This document shows, piece after piece, positions 49,006-57,365 of a DNA stretch of 64,000 bases. Source of the stretch: an uncultured Opitutaceae bacterium (GTDB taxonomy: Bacteria > Verrucomicrobiota > Verrucomicrobiia > Opitutales > Opitutaceae). The DNA is taken from positions 5,633 to 69,632 of the forward strand of contig CBRAFO010000007.1 in assembly GCA_967755175.1 (NCBI GenBank), read 5' to 3'. Below the pieces are notes generated by a model, which saw only the letters and a program-made list of their open reading frames with translations, was not told where the DNA came from and searched no databases. Position numbers and translations under genes: made by a program. The number at the start of each line of letters is the position of its first letter. The stretch's first letter is position 1.

Positions 49006-50928
49006 ATGAAGTATTCGTTCTCGGTTCACGCACGCGCGGCTCGTCTGTGCGCCCTCTGTCTGGTGTGCATGGCGCTCGCGATCACGGGGGGGCGCCTCCG
49101 GGCGGAGACCACTCCGTCCGGCGGGCGCGTGGTGCATGAAGGCGTGGCGGTCGAATGCGCGCTCCTGCCCGCCGGCGCCTCGACCACCGCGCCGCGTGAA
49201 GGCGAGTCGGCGCGCGTTCGGTTTAGCATCACCGATACCACCACGGGCCAGCCGCTCACGCGGCTGAGCCCGGCCGTTTGGCTTAGCCGTCTCGGGACCG
49301 GCGGGGCCACTCCGCAGACGTGCGCCGAAAAGATCCGTGAGTTTCTGGGCGGAAGCATTTTTGCCAAAGCCGACGTGGATTTAAACACGTTCCGCGTCCT
49401 CGCCCTCAACGACGATGCGACCATCACCGTGGTCGATCCCCTCTTTGGCTTCGGCGGCACCAAGCTGCTCGCGCTGGTGCCGCTCGCCAGTCCCGGAGCG
49501 GACTGGGCGCTGAGCGCGGATGGTGCCCGGTTGTTCGTGACCCAACCCAAAGCCGGACGTGTCGCGGTCGTGGACACCGCAACCTGGGCCGTCGCCGCGA
49601 ACCTCGTCGTGGAAGGCTCGCCCGGACGCGTGGCACTTCAGCCCGATGGACATTATCTGTGGGTGGCACGCGAGGGCGGCGTCACCGTTATCACGGTCGG
49701 CGAGGGTGCGCCGGCCGTCTCTGCAACCATCGACACCGGCAGCGGCGAGCACGACATCGTTTTCTCGGCCGACAATCGTTGGGCCTTCGTGACCAATGCC
49801 ACCGCACAAACATTGTCGGTGATCGATATCCGTCGCCTCCAAAAAGTCCGCGACCTCCCGCTGGATGGGCACCCGTCCGCGCTCGCGTATTCCCGTTTGA
49901 GCGACGCCGTATATATCACGGATTCCGCCAAGGGAGAGATACTGGTGGTCGATGCGGCCAAGCACACCCTGGCCGCGCGCATTCCCGCGACACCGGGAGT
50001 GGAGAACCTGCGTTTCGCCCCCGGAGACCGTTTTGGTTTCGCGCTCAATCCGACCGGCAATCGTGTGCACATCCTGGATGCCGCGACCAACCGCATCATC
50101 CAGTCCGCCGCCGTGGACGGAGCGCCGGAGCAGGTCGCGTTTTCTGGCGACATGGCCTTCATTCGGCGCCGCGACACGGCTTCCGTTGGAATGATTCCGC
50201 TCAAGGAAATCGGAGCCGATGGCAAGCCCGTGGCGTTGGCCGAGTTCGCCGGAGGTGAGGCGGCCTTCGGCGGACGCACCTCGCTGGCCGACGGCCTGAT
50301 GGCGGCACCGGGCGAAAGCGCGGTGGTCGTGGCGAATCCGAAGGACAAGGCGATCTATTACTACATGGTCGGCGCGGCCGCTCCCATGGGAAATTTTGGC
50401 AATTACGACCGCGTGCCTCGCGCGGTCATGGTCGTGGACCGCAGTGTGCGCGAAGTGACTTCCGGTGTCTATGAGACCGCCGTCACCCTGCCTGCGGCCG
50501 GCGCGTATGACCTGGTGTTTTTCCTCAATGCGCCGCGCATCGCCCATTGCTTTAAGTTGGAGATTCCGGCGAATCCCGACCTGCCGCTTGCGCACAAAGG
50601 CACCGGCGTTCGGCTCGAACTGGTTTCCCCCGGCAAGCTGGTCGCCGGGGCGAAGGCACGCGTGGTTTTGCGGCTCAAATTCCCGCCCGGAGCGACCCAA
50701 GCCGCACCCACTGACCTCGGCTTTCGTATCATGCTCGCTCCGGGAGTCTGGAATCGGCGCAAGTCCGCCGAGTATGCGGCCGACGGCACGGCTGGCTTCG
50801 AATTCACGCCGCCGGAGGCCGGCATGTATTACATCTATGCCGAAGCTCCCTCGCTCGGCCTCGCTTTAAACCAAGCGCCCGTTCTCATTCTTGAAGCAGG
50901 TGAGCCGGTTTCTTCGCCCACGCCATGA
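49006..50928 (+). CDS. Secreted YVTN/cytochrome-d1-like beta-propeller protein
   Basis: Repeated blades (V.V.D....V...P..., WAFVTN, LSVIDI); signal peptide; abuts MCO stop (TAAATG). Confidence 0.8.
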   Translation: MKYSFSVHARAARLCALCLVCMALAITGGRLRAETTPSGGRVVHEGVAVECALLPAGASTTAPREGESARVRFSITDTTTGQPLTRLSPAVWLSRLGTGGATPQTCAEKIREFLGGSIFAKADVDLNTFRVLALNDDATITVVDPLFGFGGTKLLALVPLASPGADWALSADGARLFVTQPKAGRVAVVDTATWAVAANLVVEGSPGRVALQPDGHYLWVAREGGVTVITVGEGAPAVSATIDTGSGEHDIVFSADNRWAFVTNATAQTLSVIDIRRLQKVRDLPLDGHPSALAYSRLSDAVYITDSAKGEILVVDAAKHTLAARIPATPGVENLRFAPGDRFGFALNPTGNRVHILDAATNRIIQSAAVDGAPEQVAFSGDMAFIRRRDTASVGMIPLKEIGADGKPVALAEFAGGEAAFGGRTSLADGLMAAPGESAVVVANPKDKAIYYYMVGAAAPMGNFGNYDRVPRAVMVVDRSVREVTSGVYETAVTLPAAGAYDLVFFLNAPRIAHCFKLEIPANPDLPLAHKGTGVRLELVSPGKLVAGAKARVVLRLKFPPGATQAAPTDLGFRIMLAPGVWNRRKSAEYAADGTAGFEFTPPEAGMYYIYAEAPSLGLALNQAPVLILEAGEPVSSPTP

Positions 50929-52043
50929 TCCTTACGTCTTTCAAGCGCCTGTGTTTCGCGGTCATCGCCGTTGCCGCGTTCTTAGCGAATGCGCGTGCGG
51001 TGGATCCGATTCCCGACGTCGCGTTGCAGGATCAGAACGGTCGCCCGGTTAAGTTTTATACCGATTTGGTGAAGGGCAGGGTGGTGGCGGTGAATTTTAT
51101 CTTCACCCGTTGCACCACGGTGTGTCCGCAACTCGGCGTGAGCTCGGTCGCGCTCGCGCGACACCTGGCCGCTGCGTCGGGTGGCACGCCTCCGCCCCAA
51201 ATCATCTCGATCAGCATCGATCCGGAAACCGACACGCCGGAGCGGTTGCGGACGTGGAGCGAGCATTTCGGCACCGCGCCGGGATGGACGCTCCTCACCG
51301 GGTCCCGCCACGAAATCGACATGCTGCTCAAGGCGCTGCAGGCCTACACTCCGGATAAAAACCTCCACAGTTCGACGTTCTTCCTCGGTAACGACGCGAC
51401 TGGCGAGTGGAAGCGTGTCAGTGGTTCCGCGACTCCGGCGGCGCTGGCCGAGGCACTCAAGCAACTCGCCGGGCCGTCCGCGGCAACTCCTACGGTGGCG
51501 GAGACGAAGACGCCCGCGCCTGAACCGGTTTCGAACGCTTCGACGGCGGGAGCGGCGGCGGCGCGTTATTTTCCCGATACGCCGTTGATCAACCAGCGCG
51601 GTGAGACGGTCCGTTTTTATAGCGATCTGCTGAAAGGAAAAGTCGTGGTGATCAGCACGATTTTCGCCGATTGCGGCGGGGCATGTCCGCTCATCGTCGA
51701 GCGTTTTGCCAAGTTGCAGGCCAAGCTTGGCGACCGGGTTGGTCGCGACGTCACGTTGATCTCCATCTCCGTCGATCCGGTCAACGACACGCCGGAGCGA
51801 CTGCTCGCCTACGCCCAACATGCGGGCGCCAAGCCCGGCTGGCACTTTCTCACGGGCGAAAAGGCCAATGTGGACCTCGTGCTGAAAAAGCTCGGCCAAT
51901 ACGTGGAGTCGCGCGACGCACACTCGAACATCATCATCATCGGCAACGAGCCGACCGGACTCTGGAAAAAAGCCTTCGGCCTCTCCTCGGCCGATGACAT
52001 CATCGAGATCGTCGAGGGCGTCTTGAAGGATGACCGCACGTGA
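50925..52043 (+). CDS. Tandem SCO1/SenC copper chaperone
   Basis: FTRCTTVCP and FADCGGACP CxxxC motifs, each with ISISIDP/ISISVDP..DTPERL, W..LTG and a distal His. Confidence 0.9.
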   Translation: MILTSFKRLCFAVIAVAAFLANARAVDPIPDVALQDQNGRPVKFYTDLVKGRVVAVNFIFTRCTTVCPQLGVSSVALARHLAAASGGTPPPQIISISIDPETDTPERLRTWSEHFGTAPGWTLLTGSRHEIDMLLKALQAYTPDKNLHSSTFFLGNDATGEWKRVSGSATPAALAEALKQLAGPSAATPTVAETKTPAPEPVSNASTAGAAAARYFPDTPLINQRGETVRFYSDLLKGKVVVISTIFADCGGACPLIVERFAKLQAKLGDRVGRDVTLISISVDPVNDTPERLLAYAQHAGAKPGWHFLTGEKANVDLVLKKLGQYVESRDAHSNIIIIGNEPTGLWKKAFGLSSADDIIEIVEGVLKDDRT

Positions 52044-53439
52044 GCCGGCAGGTTGCGCGGTTATGATTCTGCTGGCGTCTCTCCTGCTGGCAGTCGCGCC
52101 CGCTCGCGCCGACGCCGATGGCGCTGCCGCCGCGCGCGGCCGGCGGATCTACCGCGAAGGCATCGCTCCCGACGGGCGGACCGTGGGTGCAATCAGTGGC
52201 ACCGCCGGGCTGGCGCTGCCGCCGGCGTTTGCGGCCTGCGTCCATTGCCACGGCGACGACGGACGAGGCAAGACCGAGGCGGGCCGTTTCGTGCCGGATA
52301 TTCGTGGCGAGACGCTCGACGTGCCCTACGTGTCGACTTTGCCGGACGGCCGTCATCGGTCACCCTACAACGGGACGAGGTTTTATACCGCGTTGACCGA
52401 AGGTCTCGATCCCTCGGGTCATCCGCTCGACGCCACGATGCCGCGTTATCGCCTGTCCGAACGGGAGGCGGCGGACCTTCTGGCTTATTTAAAAACCATC
52501 GGGCTTCGGTCCGATGAAGGTGTGACCGACGACATTATCCGAGTTGGTCTTATAATACCGATCGATCCTGCGCAGGCGGAGTCCGCGCACAGCGATCGCC
52601 AGGTCATCGCCGCTTGTTTCGACGAGATGAATCAGGCGGGAGGAATTCACCGCCGGAAAATCGAATTGGCGGATGTAGACACGAAGGCGGCAAGTTCTCC
52701 TCCCGTGCTGGTGCTGTTGACGGATGAGTTGACGGCCGCCACGCCGGTGCCAGCCCAGGTTCCGCTGCTCTGCATAACCGCTGAAGACCGGCGCGATACA
52801 GCGGGCGATGGGCAGAAGGTGTTTTCCCTTTTCCCCGGCACGGCGGAGCGCAAGCAGGCGTTGGTGAACTATGCGAAGGCGCATGATTTGGGCGCGCCGG
52901 TCGTCATTCCCGCTGACGTGAGCGACAACACGTTGAAGGTGTGGCGCGACGCCGGAGTAAAGGCGGTGCTATTGTCGTCTCTGGCGGCTTCGACTTCGCC
53001 GCTGTCCGATTTCGGCGCGCGAGCGCGAGCGCTGGGGTGGGAGCCGGGGCAATTGTGGCTCGAACGTCCGGCCACGACGGTTATCGATGCGAAGGCGTTT
53101 GTGGTGGAGCCGGTGGTATTGTCGATGCTCTCCGCCGATGCGCAGGCGGACTACCTTCGCTGGGCCGCGTTGCGCGGCCTGCCGGTGAGTGATCTCAAAC
53201 GACAATTCACACTCGTGTCGTCGGCTCGTCTGCTGGGCGAGGCTTTGAAAGGCGCCGGACGCGAATTGAGCCGGGAGAAGCTCGTAACCGCGCTGGAGGG
53301 AATCCGTTCATTTCAGCCCGGGTTGATGTCCCCGCTAAGCTTTAGCGAGCGTCGTCATACGGCGACCAATGGCGTCTACGTGGTCCCGCTCTCGACAGGA
53401 GCGACGACGCCCGCACCCGAATGGGTTCCCGTCGATTGA
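52030..53439 (+). CDS. c-type cytochrome fused to a periplasmic-binding-protein-like domain
   Basis: Signal peptide, CVHCH, DATMPRY; then EGVTDDIIRVG..EMNQAGGIHRRKIEL..SREKLVTALE (type I/BCAA SBP pattern). Confidence 0.82.
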   Translation: MTAREPAGCAVMILLASLLLAVAPARADADGAAAARGRRIYREGIAPDGRTVGAISGTAGLALPPAFAACVHCHGDDGRGKTEAGRFVPDIRGETLDVPYVSTLPDGRHRSPYNGTRFYTALTEGLDPSGHPLDATMPRYRLSEREAADLLAYLKTIGLRSDEGVTDDIIRVGLIIPIDPAQAESAHSDRQVIAACFDEMNQAGGIHRRKIELADVDTKAASSPPVLVLLTDELTAATPVPAQVPLLCITAEDRRDTAGDGQKVFSLFPGTAERKQALVNYAKAHDLGAPVVIPADVSDNTLKVWRDAGVKAVLLSSLAASTSPLSDFGARARALGWEPGQLWLERPATTVIDAKAFVVEPVVLSMLSADAQADYLRWAALRGLPVSDLKRQFTLVSSARLLGEALKGAGRELSREKLVTALEGIRSFQPGLMSPLSFSERRHTATNGVYVVPLSTGATTPAPEWVPVD

Positions 53440-53461
53440 GCTATGATCACACGCTCTGCTC

Positions 53462-53661
53462 TCATGTCGGCTGTGCAGGACCGTGCGCATGGATGTGTTT
53501 GCCACGGTTGTCCGTCCAGGTTTCACCCGGGTTGATCAGCGCGGGCGACTTGGATGACGCGCCGACGGCAGCATTTGGGACGGCCGAAACGAGAGGTGCG
53601 GCACCCAATAGCGAAATCAAAAGCAAGACGGCCGCCCGTTTGGACGGGAGCCGAAAACCAT
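53462..53661 (-). pseudogene. Truncated GH43_24-like gene remnant
   Basis: Signal peptide RAAVLLLISLLGAAPLVSA then INPGETWTDNRGKHIHAHG, matching the GH43_24 N-terminal motif; breaks at 53480; ATG 53661 is one base out of frame. Confidence 0.7.
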
Positions 53662-53760
53662 TCGGTTGCGGAAAATGAAAAACGCGGACTACGCGACAGG
53701 AGGAAACACATGGGAGGCTGGAGGAAAAAACGGGCCACAAGGAAAGACGCTGACGGGGCG

Positions 53761-54828
53761 TCAGGGAACGGAGCTCTGCACGGCCGTCGCCGGGCGCGAG
53801 GGCCATTTGGCGCGGAGGGCGGCGAGTTCGCTCCGGGTGATGTTCAGGATGCCGCCGTGGCGCTTTTCGCCGGCGCCAAACGAATAGGCGTCGGACGGGA
53901 GCAGCTTGAAGCCGCTCGGGTCGTCGAAGTTCGTGATAACGACCGGGAAATATCCCCCCTTGCCGGGTTTATCGACGAGGAGGGCCCACTTCTGCTCCTG
54001 GTTGAACTGGAAGAGAGCCGGGCCCTCGACCTGTCGGCCGGTGTAGCCGAGGCGGGCGATGTCGCCGATGCGCTGCCAAGGGCCAGTGAGGGAATCAGCG
54101 CCTTCGAACGTGATCTGGGTATCGCGCGAAGCGCGATAAAAGCGGTGCTTCTGCCCCTTCACCTGGATGATTTGCGTATCGATGATGTCGCCGGCGTTCA
54201 CCCCGGAGCCGTTGCGCTCGATGTAGAGCTCGGGCGGTGTGAAGGAGCGAAAGTCCTTGGTGCGGGCGTAATAGATGCGGGCCTCATTACCGCCGTCGCG
54301 CGGAGAGATCGTGGTCCAGTAAACGAAGTAGTCGCCCGTGCTCTCGTCGTAGATCGCCTCGGGAGCCCAGGCGCAGCCGGCTCCGGGGATCGCGCTCGCG
54401 ACATCAACCATCCAAGACGCGGACCAGTTCACGAGGTCGGTCGATTCCCAGAAGACCAGAGAGGTGCTGCCATGAGTTGCAGCGGCTTTCCAGCTCTTGC
54501 CGTTGGCGATGCGGAGATCGGTGGCGAGCAGGTAGAACTTTTTCCCGTCGGGCGAGCGGATGATCGATGGATCGCGCACCCCTTTGTCGCCGAGCGCGGA
54601 GACGAGGACGGGCTCGGAGTTGTTGAGGTCGGTCCAGTGGAGGCCGTCCTCACTCACGGAAAAGTAGATCTGCTCGCCGCGCGCAGACTGGCCGGTGAAG
54701 TGGACCAACAGATACGCGCTCGCCGGCTCGGACGGAGCGGCGGTGCAGGTGCCGCCCCCCGCAAAAACGAGGGCGGCGAAGGTCGCGCAAGCCGAGAGCA
54801 GGCGGATGGCAGAGGAAACGAGGGACAT
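53761..54828 (-). CDS. GH43-type five-bladed propeller hydrolase
   Basis: GVRDPSIIRSPDG, CAWAPE, IIDT, VEGP, RHGGIL; paralog of 28277 and of the N-domain of 33711. Confidence 0.87.
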   Translation of the reverse strand: MSLVSSAIRLLSACATFAALVFAGGGTCTAAPSEPASAYLLVHFTGQSARGEQIYFSVSEDGLHWTDLNNSEPVLVSALGDKGVRDPSIIRSPDGKKFYLLATDLRIANGKSWKAAATHGSTSLVFWESTDLVNWSASWMVDVASAIPGAGCAWAPEAIYDESTGDYFVYWTTISPRDGGNEARIYYARTKDFRSFTPPELYIERNGSGVNAGDIIDTQIIQVKGQKHRFYRASRDTQITFEGADSLTGPWQRIGDIARLGYTGRQVEGPALFQFNQEQKWALLVDKPGKGGYFPVVITNFDDPSGFKLLPSDAYSFGAGEKRHGGILNITRSELAALRAKWPSRPATAVQSSVP

Positions 54829-54997
54829 AGTTATTGAGGAAGAAATTTATTGAATGGGAAGGCGGTGGTAACCGTCTAGGATGGGGCGCGGAGGGCCGTC
54901 GGGGGGAGCACCGGCCGGCTTTGTCAAAAGTCGAGGTATGACGTCTTTGGTTCGGCTTTAAAGTCCGGGCGCTGTAGTTTGACGAGGTAAATGCGGA

Positions 54998-57331
54998 TCA
55001 GTTGGAGCTCTCGATCCGATCGCTCACGCGAAAGTAATCGAAGTCCACGCAACCTCCGAGATATCGCGTCGAGTAATAGAATAGACCGAAGCGATAACCC
55101 ATGAAGTGTGGCCAGTCGTAGACCATCTGTAGGGTATCGCCGATACGCGTCCAACGCTTGCCATCGAGGCTGTAGTAAAATGCGGCCTTGTCGGTTTTTT
55201 CGCGGAAGTCGCAGTCCACCTTTAGATATACGCGAACCGCGTCTAGCGGCAGCGTTTCGATCACCTTGCCGAAGGCGTCGTCCTTTTTCTCGGCTCGCTG
55301 CATGACCAGGTATTTTTTCAAGCCCTGCTGTTTCACGCCGACGAAGCCGTATTGGTTCTGATAGGAAGAGAGGCCGGCAACGTCGCCGTCGTTCATGTTG
55401 CGAATCTCGATCGCGGTCTCGGCTGAACTGGTCGGGCCGAAGGTGCGCTGGGTAAGCGTGTTTCTTGCCTCGTGAATGTGGCGCGAGATAGAACCGGATT
55501 TCAGGCGCAAGAACCCGGGACGTTCGGTGAGCGACCAGAGGTTGTTGTTCGGATTGTGATTCCACTGCCACTGGAGCTTCAGATTGGAGCCATTGTAGCC
55601 ATATTCGTTAGCCGCTAGGCGATCGGTCAGCGCATCCTCGACAAGGACAACATTATCAATCGACAGATCAAAAAGATGCTTCGCCTTGTTCTCATCGGCG
55701 GAGAGATCTCCAATCGGTCCCCATGCACTTTCGATAAAGAAAATCGAATGCTGGATGTCGGCAGCGACTGGCACGGTGAAGCGACCCGAGACAGGGGTCC
55801 ACTGGCCCTTTTTCACTGCTTGATCTTGAATGACGATGAACGCGTCGCCGTTGCGGACGGTAAGACGGATGACGCGGTCGTCAGCCACCACCACGCGTTG
55901 GCCCGAAGCATCCGTGTAGTCGTCATATTTCACACGAACCGAGGCCGTGTAGCTGGCACCTGGCTTGAGCTTGCCGCTAATATTTTGGACCGGGCCGGCG
56001 ATGAAGGACTCTCGACGCTTTACCTGCAGGACCCGGTTGCCGTCGCTTTCGCGCATGATGCCGAGTTTAGCGAGGTGCTCGCCGCCGTTGACGCTCCACA
56101 AGTCCGCGGTGTCCGATTCGAAGTCACTGCCTGCAATCAGGTTCGCCGTGGCGGAAGCGGAGGCGAGTTGGTTCAGTTCGGAATGTGAAATTCCGGCAGT
56201 GATGCCAGTGCCCAGCTCCTTATCCGAAAACAGGTGACGCACCGGGCCGTTGTTAAACTCGTCGGACTCGACGATGTTGGTTTTGGGCGCTTGGGCTTTG
56301 CCGGGCAAGGGCAGGATCTCGTCCACGCTCGCTCCATCGTGGCCGAGCACCGGCCAGCCATCAGCCGTCCACTCGACGGGAATGAGCACCGGGATCCGCC
56401 CAACCGCGCCGGTATCCTGGAAAAGCAGCGCATACCACTTCCCGTCGGGCGTATCGACCAAACCGCCTTGGGCGACACCGGAGGACGGCAGGACGATTTT
56501 GCCGTTCTTGTCCTTGATATCGCCCGAGAAGATCTTGCGCGCCTCCCAAGAGGACGGGTCGTTGATGTCCTTGCCGCGCCAGATGCTTTCGACCCGCCGC
56601 TCGCGAAGCTCGATCACCGGGAGGTAATAATAATCGCCTCGCTTGAAAGCATGCGCTCCCTCGACCCAGTTCTTGTTCCCATCGTGACTCATGGGCTTTT
56701 TCCAGAACTTTTCCGGACCGAGCGTCACTTTATAAGTCTTCGGCTCGACAAACATCTGGCGGTAGTGATGGCCGTCCTGCCCGTAGAACACGTAACGGTT
56801 CTCTCCGTCGAGGATCAGCCCGGGGTCGTAGCATTTATCAACTACATCGCAGCGCCACTGGCCCTTCTCTATGTTGTCGGTCGAAAAGATGTAGGACTGA
56901 TTGGTGGTGTTGCAGGCGTTGATAACAAAAAAACGTTTCAGTTTTTCGTCGTAACGGATGTTGGAGGCCCACGAGCCACTCGCGTAGTCGTTCTTGCCGT
57001 TTTTGAGCGAGAAGGCATCGCTGCGGTCAATCTGGGCGTAACAGTAACTCGCAAGCTCCCAATTCACCAAGTCCTTGGACTTCATGACCGGAATGCCCGG
57101 CGACATGTGCATGGTGGTGCTCACCATGTAGTAGGTGTCACCGGCGCGGGTCACGCAGAGGTCGGGCACGTCGGCGTAAATGACCGGATTGGAGAAGGTG
57201 CCATCGCCGCGGTCGGAAACGGGAAACGCCTGCGCGTCGGCAGGAGCAAAAAAACAACCCACGGTCACCGCAAGTGCCAGCGAGGAAACGACCGGGTCAC
57301 CGATCTTGAGGAATGAAAATATTGAACGCAT
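54998..57331 (-). CDS. GH43 xylosidase-like with inserted CBM4/9/22-like domain
   Basis: NPVIYADVPD, STTMHMSPG, YDP, VEGAH, AQGGL; ~220-aa insert between SDEFN and LQWQWNHNP. Confidence 0.87.
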   Translation of the reverse strand: MRSIFSFLKIGDPVVSSLALAVTVGCFFAPADAQAFPVSDRGDGTFSNPVIYADVPDLCVTRAGDTYYMVSTTMHMSPGIPVMKSKDLVNWELASYCYAQIDRSDAFSLKNGKNDYASGSWASNIRYDEKLKRFFVINACNTTNQSYIFSTDNIEKGQWRCDVVDKCYDPGLILDGENRYVFYGQDGHHYRQMFVEPKTYKVTLGPEKFWKKPMSHDGNKNWVEGAHAFKRGDYYYLPVIELRERRVESIWRGKDINDPSSWEARKIFSGDIKDKNGKIVLPSSGVAQGGLVDTPDGKWYALLFQDTGAVGRIPVLIPVEWTADGWPVLGHDGASVDEILPLPGKAQAPKTNIVESDEFNNGPVRHLFSDKELGTGITAGISHSELNQLASASATANLIAGSDFESDTADLWSVNGGEHLAKLGIMRESDGNRVLQVKRRESFIAGPVQNISGKLKPGASYTASVRVKYDDYTDASGQRVVVADDRVIRLTVRNGDAFIVIQDQAVKKGQWTPVSGRFTVPVAADIQHSIFFIESAWGPIGDLSADENKAKHLFDLSIDNVVLVEDALTDRLAANEYGYNGSNLKLQWQWNHNPNNNLWSLTERPGFLRLKSGSISRHIHEARNTLTQRTFGPTSSAETAIEIRNMNDGDVAGLSSYQNQYGFVGVKQQGLKKYLVMQRAEKKDDAFGKVIETLPLDAVRVYLKVDCDFREKTDKAAFYYSLDGKRWTRIGDTLQMVYDWPHFMGYRFGLFYYSTRYLGGCVDFDYFRVSDRIESSN

Positions 57332-57365
57332 AGGGATAGGGCGGGCGGATGGGGCAGGCCGTTGG

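Noticed and set aside
38745-53480. Calling the lod-mnx block a mobile element
   Set aside because: No integrase, transposase, terminal repeats or target duplication; only a broken flanking gene and an AT-rich spacer
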